Made by a program: the position numbers and the translations under genes. Source: a virus (taxonomy: Duplodnaviria; Caudoviricetes). From it: a stretch of DNA of 64,000 nt. Of this stretch, positions 1 through 9,329 are shown in pieces (position 1 is the stretch's first letter; each line of letters opens with the position of its first letter). The notes beneath the pieces are model-generated. The model was given only the letters and a program-made list of their open reading frames with translations. It was not told the origin of the DNA and searched no databases. The stretch is from positions 694-64,693 of IMG/VR virus record IMGVR_UViG_3300042397_001305; one strand, written 5' to 3'.

Positions 1-642
1 TATTGTCGGAGTTATTGTTGGTGTTGGGGTGTTTGTTGGGGTTTCCGTAGGCGTATTTGTTGGAGTTTCCGTAGGTGTATTTGTTGGAGTCTCTGTTGGA
101 GTTATTGTTGGAGTTAACGTAGGAGTATTTGTTGGAGTTTCTGTTGGTGTTAATGTAGGTGTGGGAGTAAGTGTCATTGTAGGTGTCATTGTAGGGGTAA
201 CACTAGGGGATACTGGTGTATACGGAACTATACAGCAAGGATAAACAGATGTATAACAATTCTCATACTCTAAATCATCAGCAATAAATGATTCTTGAAT
301 ATTGATGAATAACCTCTCATTAATTGGTAGGATTAAATTACCATCATCATTCTTAACTAAGAATTGACCTTCGTATCTTGCCGATATGTTTGTGTCTGAT
401 GAGGTAAATTGGTAGTAAATATAATATTCTGTCGGAGTATTTGGGTCGTCAAAAGTTTTTGAGACAATACCCGCCGGCTTAGACATTATTTTTGGAATAC
501 CGGTTTCAATATTAACCATAGAAAAGAAAATAGAAGAAGTCTCTAATAATTGCATAAAATTATTATACTCACTTCTTCCGTCTTTAACTACTTGAAGTTT
601 TAATACCGGTAATGTTGCGTTTTTCTTTATAAAAAAATCCAT
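1..642 (-). CDS. BppU-like baseplate/virion protein with C-terminal Pro/Thr repeats (3' end runs off the window)
   Basis: Not in the ORF track because no stop is reached; translated by hand from ATG at 642: [22 protein letters not shown]...[34 protein letters not shown]...PCCIVP then [11 protein letters not shown] repeats to the window edge. Confidence 0.75.
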   Translation of the reverse strand, partial: MDFFIKKNATLPVLKLQVVKDGRSEYNNFMQLLETSSIFFSMVNIETGIPKIMSKPAGIVSKTFDDPNTPTEYYIYYQFTSSDTNISARYEGQFLVKNDDGNLILPINERLFINIQESFIADDLEYENCYTSVYPCCIVPYTPVSPSVTPTMTPTMTLTPTPTLTPTETPTNTPTLTPTITPTETPTNTPTETPTNTPTETPTNTPTPTITPTI

Positions 643-656
643 CTAAAGTTTTTTAT

Positions 657-664
657 TATAAATA
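657..664 (-). promoter_or_regulatory. putative phage late promoter TATTTATA
   Basis: TATTTATA on the sense strand 14 nt upstream of ATG 642; the motif recurs before most structural operons. Confidence 0.6.
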
Positions 665-681
665 CTTCAAATTATCGAATA

Positions 682-2358
682 TTAACTTTCTTTTCTTAAT
701 GCACCGTCATAATGTTCAAATCTATTATGTTCGGTTGGTGTTAATAATAATAGACCAGGATTTATTTTTCCTTTAACAGTCTCTTGATAACAATAACTCA
801 TTAATGTTTGTTCAAAAGGATGAGCCCATTTTGTTTCTAAATAACATTTATAATTACCCTCTCTTGTAAATACAATAGGCCAATTACATAAATAAACCTC
901 TCCGGTCACATATGGTAAACCTTTATGTGATTTAATTTCCTTGAATTGTGTTTTAGGCGAATTAGGGTCTAATCCTTGTACAGGTAATTTAGGATTGTTT
1001 GGCCAATGTTTTTGTCTAAAATCTTGAGGTACGTTATACCAACTCCATTGTACACTATTGTCACCAAAAAACTCACTAAAGTTTAGTTTAAGAAAATCAA
1101 AATTTTCTTTTTGAAGAATGTCTAAAGATTTTTGATATAAATTATCAACGTATCTATTAAACCCATTTCTACAAACTTCATCTTTTTTAGGATAAAAAGC
1201 CATATCATCTTCAAACCACCAATAACAATCTAAATCAGTCTCATTAAAATGTTCGGCAACAAACACTCTACCTCCAACAATACCAATATTATCTTTTTTA
1301 ATATGTTCAAAACCATATTGTTCGCATAGTTCAACATACCTTGGTGTTGTAGATAAATCTGTTGAATTATCTAATAAATATTTTTTAGGTTTATCAATGA
1401 AATCTTTATCATATTCTAACATTGAATTGATTAAAACCTCAAATTGTTTTGGTGAATTAAATGCTATCACATAAAGTCCAACTTTAGAAGTGTCTAAATT
1501 ATTAATAACCACGTTTTTTGAAACTTCGGACTTAACCTCAACAGTTGTATTCTTTAAATCTTCAAAAAACTTACCCATTAACCCATTACCATCTATTTCA
1601 GAATAAGTAATTAATGATGGGTATTTGTATGTCATAATGGTGAATAAAGATTCTTCAGTACCCATTAACCCACTTGATAAGGTACTATCCATTAATCCAT
1701 AATAGATATTATTAATTTCTGAAATCGTATCTTTCTTACCTCCGAAGAATCCGGCTCTCGCAACTCTATTAACCTGACCACCAGCTAATTCACATAGTTC
1801 ATTATATTTAAACCCGTGTATTTCAGAACTTGTTTCGTATGGGAAACAAACAAAGTGAAAATTTTTAACTAATTTAGGTAATTTATCTAAAACTTTATCG
1901 TGAGTAAAATATCCCGGATGTATTGTGTTTGTTAAACCAGCATCAATCCAAAACATATATTCAGAATCAAATTTATCTAAAATTTTAGCGTCGTGTAACA
2001 AAAATACTTTTGACATAACTAAAGGATTGTACATCTCTAATTTAGCCTGAGTTGATTCTGTTAACCAACCAACTTGATTAAACCAATCAGGGTTAGTTCT
2101 TATATTTTGTATTTTATTGTAAAACTCATTATTTCTAAACCAAGATAAATCTCTACGAACAAATTGAGTATTTTCACTACGTCTATTACTTGAGACAAAT
2201 TGTTCTAATTCTTCATCTCCAAAAATTATCATATTAACATCAACTTGTAATAGCTGTGCAAATTTATCTAAATAATGTTGGAATGACCGAGACCACCCTT
2301 CTTGAAGGTCACCTCTACCTATATCCCATAATCCTGTTACTAATGTTAATTTACTCAT
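682..2358 (-). CDS. HtrL/YibB (WlaTC)-family glycosyltransferase fused to a C-terminal GT-A domain
   Basis: N-terminal LTLVTGLWDIGRGD..WSRSFQHYL, FWIDAG and GTEESLF motifs typical of HtrL_YibB; second domain with LLDNS, NIGIVGGR and WFEDDM. Confidence 0.7.
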   Translation of the reverse strand: MSKLTLVTGLWDIGRGDLQEGWSRSFQHYLDKFAQLLQVDVNMIIFGDEELEQFVSSNRRSENTQFVRRDLSWFRNNEFYNKIQNIRTNPDWFNQVGWLTESTQAKLEMYNPLVMSKVFLLHDAKILDKFDSEYMFWIDAGLTNTIHPGYFTHDKVLDKLPKLVKNFHFVCFPYETSSEIHGFKYNELCELAGGQVNRVARAGFFGGKKDTISEINNIYYGLMDSTLSSGLMGTEESLFTIMTYKYPSLITYSEIDGNGLMGKFFEDLKNTTVEVKSEVSKNVVINNLDTSKVGLYVIAFNSPKQFEVLINSMLEYDKDFIDKPKKYLLDNSTDLSTTPRYVELCEQYGFEHIKKDNIGIVGGRVFVAEHFNETDLDCYWWFEDDMAFYPKKDEVCRNGFNRYVDNLYQKSLDILQKENFDFLKLNFSEFFGDNSVQWSWYNVPQDFRQKHWPNNPKLPVQGLDPNSPKTQFKEIKSHKGLPYVTGEVYLCNWPIVFTREGNYKCYLETKWAHPFEQTLMSYCYQETVKGKINPGLLLLTPTEHNRFEHYDGALRKES

Positions 2359-2359
2359 A

Positions 2360-3118
2360 TTATCTTTCTAAGTATTGTAATTTATAGAATTTATCTGCAT
2401 TGTCTGATGCGCTTTCTGAACGGTACCACCAACAACCACCTCTCTCATTTGGTAAATGTCCAATAATTGGGAATGATTCGACTCTTGGAGTATAATCCTC
2501 GTCTTTATCGTAACTAACCACCCATTTCTCAATATTGTGTTTACCCATATATGCCGATAAAATGATATCATCACTCCAAGATTCCCCAACAAATTCACTA
2601 AAGAAATCCGGTTTGAAGAAACTTCTTCTATACGAAACAGTCTTATACCCTTCAATTATCTTAACTCTAACATCATTTTTAACTGTTGTACAAAAATGAC
2701 AAGAACCATTTATTGCGGATATACCCGCAAACCCAATAGCCGCATTAGGGTATTGTTTTCGTTTTTCTATATGATACTCAATAAAACCATCCTCATATGA
2801 TAAATCGTCATCTACTGTGATAATAATAACATCATCACTTTCTTCTGTACGTAATATTGTTGGTAAGATTTTAGTCATAGAACCATAATCATCGGTTCTA
2901 AATATTTTTAATTTTGAATCTGTAATTTCTGTTAACCAAGAAGGTAAAGAGTACTCTTCATTTGTTTTTTTAACAACATAAGGGATGTTAAGATGAATTT
3001 CATAATTGGAATATGAAAGTGTTAGTAATCTATCAATTACCGGACGTAGACCACCTTTTGGGTCGTGATAATTAAGTCTTGAGGGTATAGTCGTTAAACT
3101 AATAATTATTTTTTCCAT
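2360..3118 (-). CDS. GT-A fold glycosyltransferase
   Basis: IIISLTTIPSR, DYGSMTKILP, IIITVDDD (DxD) and SDDIILS motifs. Confidence 0.75.
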   Translation of the reverse strand: MEKIIISLTTIPSRLNYHDPKGGLRPVIDRLLTLSYSNYEIHLNIPYVVKKTNEEYSLPSWLTEITDSKLKIFRTDDYGSMTKILPTILRTEESDDVIIITVDDDLSYEDGFIEYHIEKRKQYPNAAIGFAGISAINGSCHFCTTVKNDVRVKIIEGYKTVSYRRSFFKPDFFSEFVGESWSDDIILSAYMGKHNIEKWVVSYDKDEDYTPRVESFPIIGHLPNERGGCWWYRSESASDNADKFYKLQYLER

Positions 3119-3122
3119 TATT

Positions 3123-3980
3123 TTATTGTAATTTATTTATGTCTATAATTTCTTTTAATATTCTAACATTTGAATCAACCGTCCCATTCTCAAGATACCA
3201 CCGATATCCATTTTCTGAAATATACTTTAAAAACTCAGTATCATTTTTAACCTCGTTATACCTATCTAAAATAATTTTATTTAGAATTATCGGGTCATTG
3301 TCCATTTCAAACGAAATATAATGATAATTTGGAATTAATTTATTATGAAATTGTAAGTCCAATTTAGGTCTTAGTAAAGCCGACCTAGCGGATAATACCT
3401 CAATATCTCGATTACATATTTCACCGGCACCATTTAAAGATAAACAGATTTTATTGTTATTTAATTCTTCATAATATCGGTCAATTGGGAATAATTTTTC
3501 ATTAGTTATTTTTATATCACCAATTTTTGATAACGACAATCTTTCATTATATAAAAACCCTCTAAACCCCAATTCATTATTTTCTTTTTCCTCAATTTTT
3601 TTAGAATTTTTAGATAAATTATCAAAAATAATAGAATATGGTAAGTAGGTATACGGTGTAAAATTCATTTCAGGTTTAGTCCCCGAAGAAGAAATTAGTT
3701 CAACCATATTTTTAGGTTCCCAGCCATTCCATTCCCAAGTTAATTCGATAGCTTTATCCCAATAAGAAACTATTAAATATTTTTTAGTATCTAAATTAGT
3801 TATAGTCATTATTTGGGCCGAATAAATTCCGGATGGGTTTCCATTATAAAACATTCCTGAACTAACATATGAACATTCTATATGTGGATTTTCATTAATA
3901 AATTGTTTATAAAATTTATCAAAAACGTGTAATACTGACCAATCAGTGTGAGGACCTTCAAATCTAAATTCTAATCTCAT
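3123..3980 (-). CDS. GT-B glycosyltransferase (exostosin/Glyco_trans_1_2-like)
   Basis: C-terminal KICLSLNGAGEICNRDIEVL...LIPNYHYI...ISENGYRWY. Confidence 0.65.
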   Translation of the reverse strand: MRLEFRFEGPHTDWSVLHVFDKFYKQFINENPHIECSYVSSGMFYNGNPSGIYSAQIMTITNLDTKKYLIVSYWDKAIELTWEWNGWEPKNMVELISSSGTKPEMNFTPYTYLPYSIIFDNLSKNSKKIEEKENNELGFRGFLYNERLSLSKIGDIKITNEKLFPIDRYYEELNNNKICLSLNGAGEICNRDIEVLSARSALLRPKLDLQFHNKLIPNYHYISFEMDNDPIILNKIILDRYNEVKNDTEFLKYISENGYRWYLENGTVDSNVRILKEIIDINKLQ

Positions 3981-3983
3981 ATT

Positions 3984-4841
3984 TTAAAAATATCTATAAT
4001 ACAATGGGTGTTGAGAGGTAATGTTTTTTTCATTTAAAAACTTTTCTAAAAAAAATCTATTATTATGATGTGTATTAAAATTAAATTTACCAAATCTGAT
4101 AATTTCAGAATATAAGAATAAAAAATAATCACCGTCCACGTTTCTTTCATCAAACGCGTAATTAGAAGTGTAAGGTGTTTTATTCAAACAAAGATGTTTA
4201 AAATCGTAATCCCAAAAATCATTTTTTGTTTCATAAAAATCCCCATCCATATTATGTCTTAACTCACCTTTCATATTTTTAACATATGATGTATCAAAAT
4301 GATGTAACGCAACTTTATTATTACTCTGAAGTAGTTTAATTAAAGATTTTCTATTCCAAACTGATGGTTGTACAGATAACATATAACGATAAGATGTGTT
4401 TAAATTTAAAAAAATATTCTGAGGTAAATTATATTTAGAATAATCCATTTCATAGTTTGACCAATTTGTAAAATTATAACTCATAAGGGAAACGTGGTCT
4501 ATTTTTTCATCACTCATTACTGAAACAATTTTTTCTAAATTTTCTTTTTTAATTTCAGTAAATAGAGTATAATCGTCAAGCATAAATAAAACATAATCCG
4601 TATCAATTATTGATAATGCTTTAATCATAACTTCACCAAAGTGAGTTCCTCCACCACAATAAGGTGTTGATGTATTTATTAATTGAAAATCTGAAAAATC
4701 TAAATTATGTTTAATTTCATTACTTACTAAATATTTTTTAATATCAATATTTTGATTGAATTTATTAAATTCGTCAATTGATAATTTAGCAATCGGTGCG
4801 TGATTTTCAGAAGTGTAATATAATACGGATAAATTATTCAT
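3984..4841 (-). CDS. putative GT-A glycosyltransferase
   Basis: DYVLFMLDDY motif, SVQPSVWNR; context within the cluster. Confidence 0.6.
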   Translation of the reverse strand: MNNLSVLYYTSENHAPIAKLSIDEFNKFNQNIDIKKYLVSNEIKHNLDFSDFQLINTSTPYCGGGTHFGEVMIKALSIIDTDYVLFMLDDYTLFTEIKKENLEKIVSVMSDEKIDHVSLMSYNFTNWSNYEMDYSKYNLPQNIFLNLNTSYRYMLSVQPSVWNRKSLIKLLQSNNKVALHHFDTSYVKNMKGELRHNMDGDFYETKNDFWDYDFKHLCLNKTPYTSNYAFDERNVDGDYFLFLYSEIIRFGKFNFNTHHNNRFFLEKFLNEKNITSQHPLYYRYF

Positions 4842-4851
4842 TTTTTTTAAT

Positions 4852-5514
4852 TTAAATTCTGTAAGGTTTTATTTTTGTAAAATATTGATAATCATCGTTG
4901 TTTATTTTTAAATCATTGTGATTACCCTCAAGGTTATCAACAATTAAATTAGTTTTTTTAAAAATAATATCCCAACATCTTTCCATAGCTTTTTGTTGTT
5001 CTTTATTTTCAGGATATACTAATAAATTTTTTTCTATTTTTTGTGAATCTATATACGTAATAGCAAACATTGGCCCAAAAATACCCGTTTCAAATATTGT
5101 AGTACCAAAATGTTTTAATGAAAAATCTTTTTGAATTTGATTATCCCACCATCCACCTTCAAATGTTAGTATTGTGACAATATTTGAGGTTTTTAATTTT
5201 TCGTCTATTAAATTAAAAAAACCCATATTTTTAATCCTAATAGAATCTTGTAAGAATATAAACCTATCTGATTTTAAATTTTGAATTGCGTAAATATAAG
5301 CTCCGGTATCAAATCCTTTATAAGGTGTTTGATATACATTAATTTTTAATTTAAATTTATTAAAATATTTTAAATTCTCTAAGTAATCTATAAACTCAGA
5401 GTCACTTGATTGTGTATCAATTATTGATATTTCTTCTTTTATGTTAAGTTTTTCTAAGTCGGATAATAAATTTGGTAAAAAATTTATTCCATTGTTTGTT
5501 GCAACAACAATCAT
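4852..5514 (-). CDS. putative glycosyltransferase (GT2/RgpF-like)
   Basis: IIDTQSSD, GFDTGAYIYAI, FIFLQDS and AMERCW motifs. Confidence 0.6.
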   Translation of the reverse strand: MIVVATNNGINFLPNLLSDLEKLNIKEEISIIDTQSSDSEFIDYLENLKYFNKFKLKINVYQTPYKGFDTGAYIYAIQNLKSDRFIFLQDSIRIKNMGFFNLIDEKLKTSNIVTILTFEGGWWDNQIQKDFSLKHFGTTIFETGIFGPMFAITYIDSQKIEKNLLVYPENKEQQKAMERCWDIIFKKTNLIVDNLEGNHNDLKINNDDYQYFTKIKPYRI

Positions 5515-5517
5515 ATA

Positions 5518-6885
5518 TTATTTATTCTCTAAATAGTAATTTAAATCTTCAGGTGTACCTAATCCCCACATTTGTTTAATATCAAATGTTTTAATTTTTT
5601 TATCTCCTAAAATAGCCTCGTTGAATACCGGACAAACATAAAATTCATTATTAACTCTTATATCTTTTTGAATCATTTGTTCCGCAAATTTTACATAGTC
5701 GGAACCTTTTTTCCAATAATAAACACCAACGGTTGCGATATCAGATATTGGATTTTTTTCCGCAACTTCTGTTACAAAACCGGACTCGTCAATTTTAGCA
5801 AAAGACCATTTAGGGTGGGTTGACTTAAACGTTACTATACCACCATCACAATTTGTTTCATTCATTTTATACATAAACTCATTTGAATCCCATTCTACAA
5901 ATTGGTCAGAATTAGCCATAACTAATGGACTATCATTATCAATAAATTCTTTGGCTAATAATGTTGTACAAGCAGCCCCTTCGGTAACTCCCTCAACTTC
6001 AACTATTTTACAATTAGGTGTTATTAGATTCAATAACGTGTCTAAATTATATTTTTCTCTATGAGATTTTTGCACAATAAAAATAAAATTAGCATCCATA
6101 TTTAAATTATCAACAACAACTTGTATCATAGGTTTACCCTTAACGTCAATTAATGGTTTTGGGAATGTATACCCTGCTTTTTCAAAACGACTACCGGCAC
6201 CCGCCATAGGTATTAAAACGTTTAATTTATTATCAGACCATTTTGGTGTACTCATAACATTTGTATTTTTTATTTTATTTATTTTATTGATTATTAGAGA
6301 ATACGTAACATCATTAGGTTCTTTAACTCTTATTATATTTGAATTACTTCTACTCGCAGCTAATAACCCATATGGAGAATCTTCAACAATTAAGGTTTCC
6401 TCAGGTAAACATTCCATCATAGAAATCCCTTTCCAATATATTTCCGGATGTGGTTTACTATTTTTTACATCTTCATTAGAAAGTATTAAATCAAAATATT
6501 GGATAATGTCTAATTTACTTAATACCGTTAAAATTGTTTTTCTAATACTATTACTACAACAAACTATTTTATATCCATCATTTGATAATTTTTTCATACA
6601 TTCAATTAATTGATTTGATGGTAATAAATTTTGTAAGGATTCTAAAGTTAATTTTTGTTTTTTATCCCATACTCTCGAAAAAGATTCTTTAGGTAAACCT
6701 TTGTTGGAATGTAATAAATCTAATTTTTGATTCGTTTTTAATCCATCATAAAGACTTAAATGTTCATTCCATTCTATTATAAATTTAGGGTCTTCTTCTC
6801 TTAAAGCATCATTTAAACAATCATAATGTAGTTTTTTTGCTTCAACTAAAACACCATCTAAATCAAAAATTATTGTTTTAATCAT
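5518..6885 (-). CDS. HAD phosphatase (beta-PGM-like) fused to a BcbE-like sugar-phosphate nucleotidyltransferase
   Basis: IIFDLDGVL, KPHPEIY and IVEDSPYG (HAD); LIPMAGAGSRF..PKPLIDV, TEGAACT, NSDQ, EKNPIS and WGLGTPEDL (NTP transferase). Confidence 0.85.
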   Translation of the reverse strand: MIKTIIFDLDGVLVEAKKLHYDCLNDALREEDPKFIIEWNEHLSLYDGLKTNQKLDLLHSNKGLPKESFSRVWDKKQKLTLESLQNLLPSNQLIECMKKLSNDGYKIVCCSNSIRKTILTVLSKLDIIQYFDLILSNEDVKNSKPHPEIYWKGISMMECLPEETLIVEDSPYGLLAASRSNSNIIRVKEPNDVTYSLIINKINKIKNTNVMSTPKWSDNKLNVLIPMAGAGSRFEKAGYTFPKPLIDVKGKPMIQVVVDNLNMDANFIFIVQKSHREKYNLDTLLNLITPNCKIVEVEGVTEGAACTTLLAKEFIDNDSPLVMANSDQFVEWDSNEFMYKMNETNCDGGIVTFKSTHPKWSFAKIDESGFVTEVAEKNPISDIATVGVYYWKKGSDYVKFAEQMIQKDIRVNNEFYVCPVFNEAILGDKKIKTFDIKQMWGLGTPEDLNYYLENK

Positions 6886-7319
6886 TTATATTTTTCTATT
6901 ATATCTGAACAAATACCAAGACATTCGGTAATATTGTCATTGTTTATTTCTGGCATTACTGCAATACTATTCTTTATTGGTTGATTTCCCGGATATACCC
7001 AAATATGGTTTTGACTTGTTAAGGTTAAAGTATCTTCTTGATGCCAAAAATAATTAACATCATAACCACATTCTTTAAAATAAACAACCGATTCAACATT
7101 TTTACAATGAACCCATAATTTATTAACTCTATCACGTATCCATCTGAAATCTATACCATACTGAGGTTTATCGTGACCTAGATAAATTAAACCATCAATA
7201 TACCAAACATCAACCTCAACATCATAACCTTGGTTAATTGCTGAGTCAATGTAATTTGGTTCATTTTCATATGACTCAAATTTACCATTAATATTTCCTC
7301 TATGTGATATTAAAATCAT
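6882..7319 (-). CDS. small glycerophosphodiester phosphodiesterase-like protein
   Basis: LISHRGN..EN...YDVEVDVW..LGHD..WVHCKN...GICSD motifs. Confidence 0.65.
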   Translation of the reverse strand: MILISHRGNINGKFESYENEPNYIDSAINQGYDVEVDVWYIDGLIYLGHDKPQYGIDFRWIRDRVNKLWVHCKNVESVVYFKECGYDVNYFWHQEDTLTLTSQNHIWVYPGNQPIKNSIAVMPEINNDNITECLGICSDIIEKYK

Positions 7320-8023
7320 ATTGAATCTAAATTACCGTTTTTTCGTTTTATTTTATAAAAATTAAAAGGTTTCATATCAACTTTAATATTATTTTGAGTA
7401 ATCTGTTTATATAGAATATGTTCCGGAGCATTAGTTGTACTAATATGTTCCCACATATCCTCAATCGTGTTGTAAATATTAGAAACTACAGTCATTACAT
7501 TTGTGGTGCCATACATAAATACTTCCGGAATCGCCTCACCCCAACTACCCAATAAATTGGTGTAAAGAGTGTTTTCATTAGGTAATTCTAATACCGCATC
7601 GTTTAAAAAAAATAAGTCACCTCTTAATTTTAAAACAACATCGTATTGTTTATTTTGGGAAACAACCATTTCATTACATTGGTATATTTTATAAAACATA
7701 CCTAACACATTTTTCACATATGGTTGAGAATTAACGTGTTGATATTTTTTATCTTTTTCATTAAAAAACGACTCGATTGATAAATAATTTTCAAAAATAA
7801 AATCAATAGGTTTAAGTTTATCAACAATAGTGTTTTTAATATTCTCAGGAATTAAATCATTAGAATTAAAATCATATTTTTTAGAAACATCACCATAACC
7901 ATATACGTCCCAAAAATTTAAATAAACATCACAATCATATTTTGAAATTAAATGTTTAATATGGTTATCAATATTATCCTCAAAATTACGAAGCATTCCT
8001 GAGTAACAAAGGGCAACTTTCAT
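7316..8023 (-). CDS. putative glycosyltransferase (KVALCxSGxxR family)
   Basis: MKVALCYSGMLRNF, MFYKIY, YDVVLKLRGDL and PEHIL motifs. Confidence 0.55.
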   Translation of the reverse strand: MKVALCYSGMLRNFEDNIDNHIKHLISKYDCDVYLNFWDVYGYGDVSKKYDFNSNDLIPENIKNTIVDKLKPIDFIFENYLSIESFFNEKDKKYQHVNSQPYVKNVLGMFYKIYQCNEMVVSQNKQYDVVLKLRGDLFFLNDAVLELPNENTLYTNLLGSWGEAIPEVFMYGTTNVMTVVSNIYNTIEDMWEHISTTNAPEHILYKQITQNNIKVDMKPFNFYKIKRKNGNLDSI

Positions 8024-8025
8024 AA

Positions 8026-9273
8026 TTACAAATTACCTGTTATTCTATCACACCAACCTTTTGACTTACTATATGGCCAAACAACCCAGTACTTTGGTTT
8101 ATGAGTAGTTTGGAACTCCCTCCATACTTTACAATATCCGTCAGGGTCTCTCATCATATTATTAATCTCATTAATGTCCGCATCTTTTCTGTAAATTGTT
8201 TCGTCTTTTTCATCGTGAAAAGCAACAACCCAATATTCATAATCTTTCTCAGGTACTTGAGTAAACCCAATATCGACACAATGTTTAAAGATACTCGCAA
8301 AACTTGCCATCCATTCTTCTTCAGTTTCGTATACTTGAGGATTAGGTGGATATTTTTTATCTAAAACATATTGTTGTACCGCTCTGTTTGAAAATTTAAG
8401 ACCTGAATATATTTCATAGTCTTTAAGTGTTCTTTCGGTACCAAATCCGTATTTACTAAAATCCATAGTAACTTCTTCACCGTCCATACCAAATAACTGA
8501 CGATTTTTCTTATGAGATAATTCATTTTTCTTACCCCATTCTTTATCGTCATCCCATTGTTTGGTTCTACCCTTACGAGTATATTCGTGCCAAATCACTG
8601 TTTTGTGTGGGTGGAATAAATCATATCCGTGGGTGAATGCTCTAACGGCAATTGATATCTCTTCTCCGTGGAAATAAAACTCAGGGTCGTGTTGAACCTC
8701 AACGCTGAATTCACCAACAGTAAACGCCATATGTGCGGAGTAAAATCTTGAAGTAACCGGTTCTTTAAGGTCTTGCCATCCCGGAATAGTTTCAGGTAAA
8801 AAGAATACCGCACCTTCAGGAATGAATCTATCAAAAGCCATTCTCCAAGGTTCTTTAACTCTACCTGCCGGGTCGTTATCCGGGTCAAATGAAGAAACAT
8901 ATCCGGTTAATAAAGGTTTCTTAAACCCTTTCTTTTGAAGTTGTTTAACCATTTTGATTAAGGTGTCATCCCAATCTTTTTCAAATCTCATATGAGAATC
9001 TATTTGAAGGGTATACTCCTCACCTTTATATAATTGTTGTACTTGATTTCTTGCCCAACACACACCTTTTGATTCTGTATATAGAACATCAACAACTCTA
9101 AATCGTTTATCTTTCGCATATTCAGATAAATCATCAAACCCATCCTCAGGATGATATTGACGACAAATTCCAATCACTAAATTTTTAGGTTTTTTTGCAT
9201 TCTCCAACATATTTTTAATTGTTGGGATAAGTTGGGGGTCACGATAGGCAGCTATCTGTACAAATATTTTCAT
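8026..9273 (-). CDS. GT60 family UDP-GlcNAc:polypeptide N-acetylglucosaminyltransferase (Skp1-HyPro/mucin-type GlcNAc-T-like)
   Basis: IFVQIAAYRDPQL, SKGVCWARN, LQIDSHMRF..WD, FHGEEISIAVRAFTHGYDLFHP and WHEY motifs; start moved to the ATG at 9273. Confidence 0.85.
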   Translation of the reverse strand: MKIFVQIAAYRDPQLIPTIKNMLENAKKPKNLVIGICRQYHPEDGFDDLSEYAKDKRFRVVDVLYTESKGVCWARNQVQQLYKGEEYTLQIDSHMRFEKDWDDTLIKMVKQLQKKGFKKPLLTGYVSSFDPDNDPAGRVKEPWRMAFDRFIPEGAVFFLPETIPGWQDLKEPVTSRFYSAHMAFTVGEFSVEVQHDPEFYFHGEEISIAVRAFTHGYDLFHPHKTVIWHEYTRKGRTKQWDDDKEWGKKNELSHKKNRQLFGMDGEEVTMDFSKYGFGTERTLKDYEIYSGLKFSNRAVQQYVLDKKYPPNPQVYETEEEWMASFASIFKHCVDIGFTQVPEKDYEYWVVAFHDEKDETIYRKDADINEINNMMRDPDGYCKVWREFQTTHKPKYWVVWPYSKSKGWCDRITGNL

Positions 9274-9329
9274 ATATCTCTTATTTTTAAACAAAAGATA
9301 ATAATACGAGATAAATAATAAATGGTAAA

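Noticed and set aside
29-244. Plus-strand Val/Gly-repeat ORF
   Set aside because: Antisense shadow of the minus-strand Pro/Thr repeat gene starting at 642
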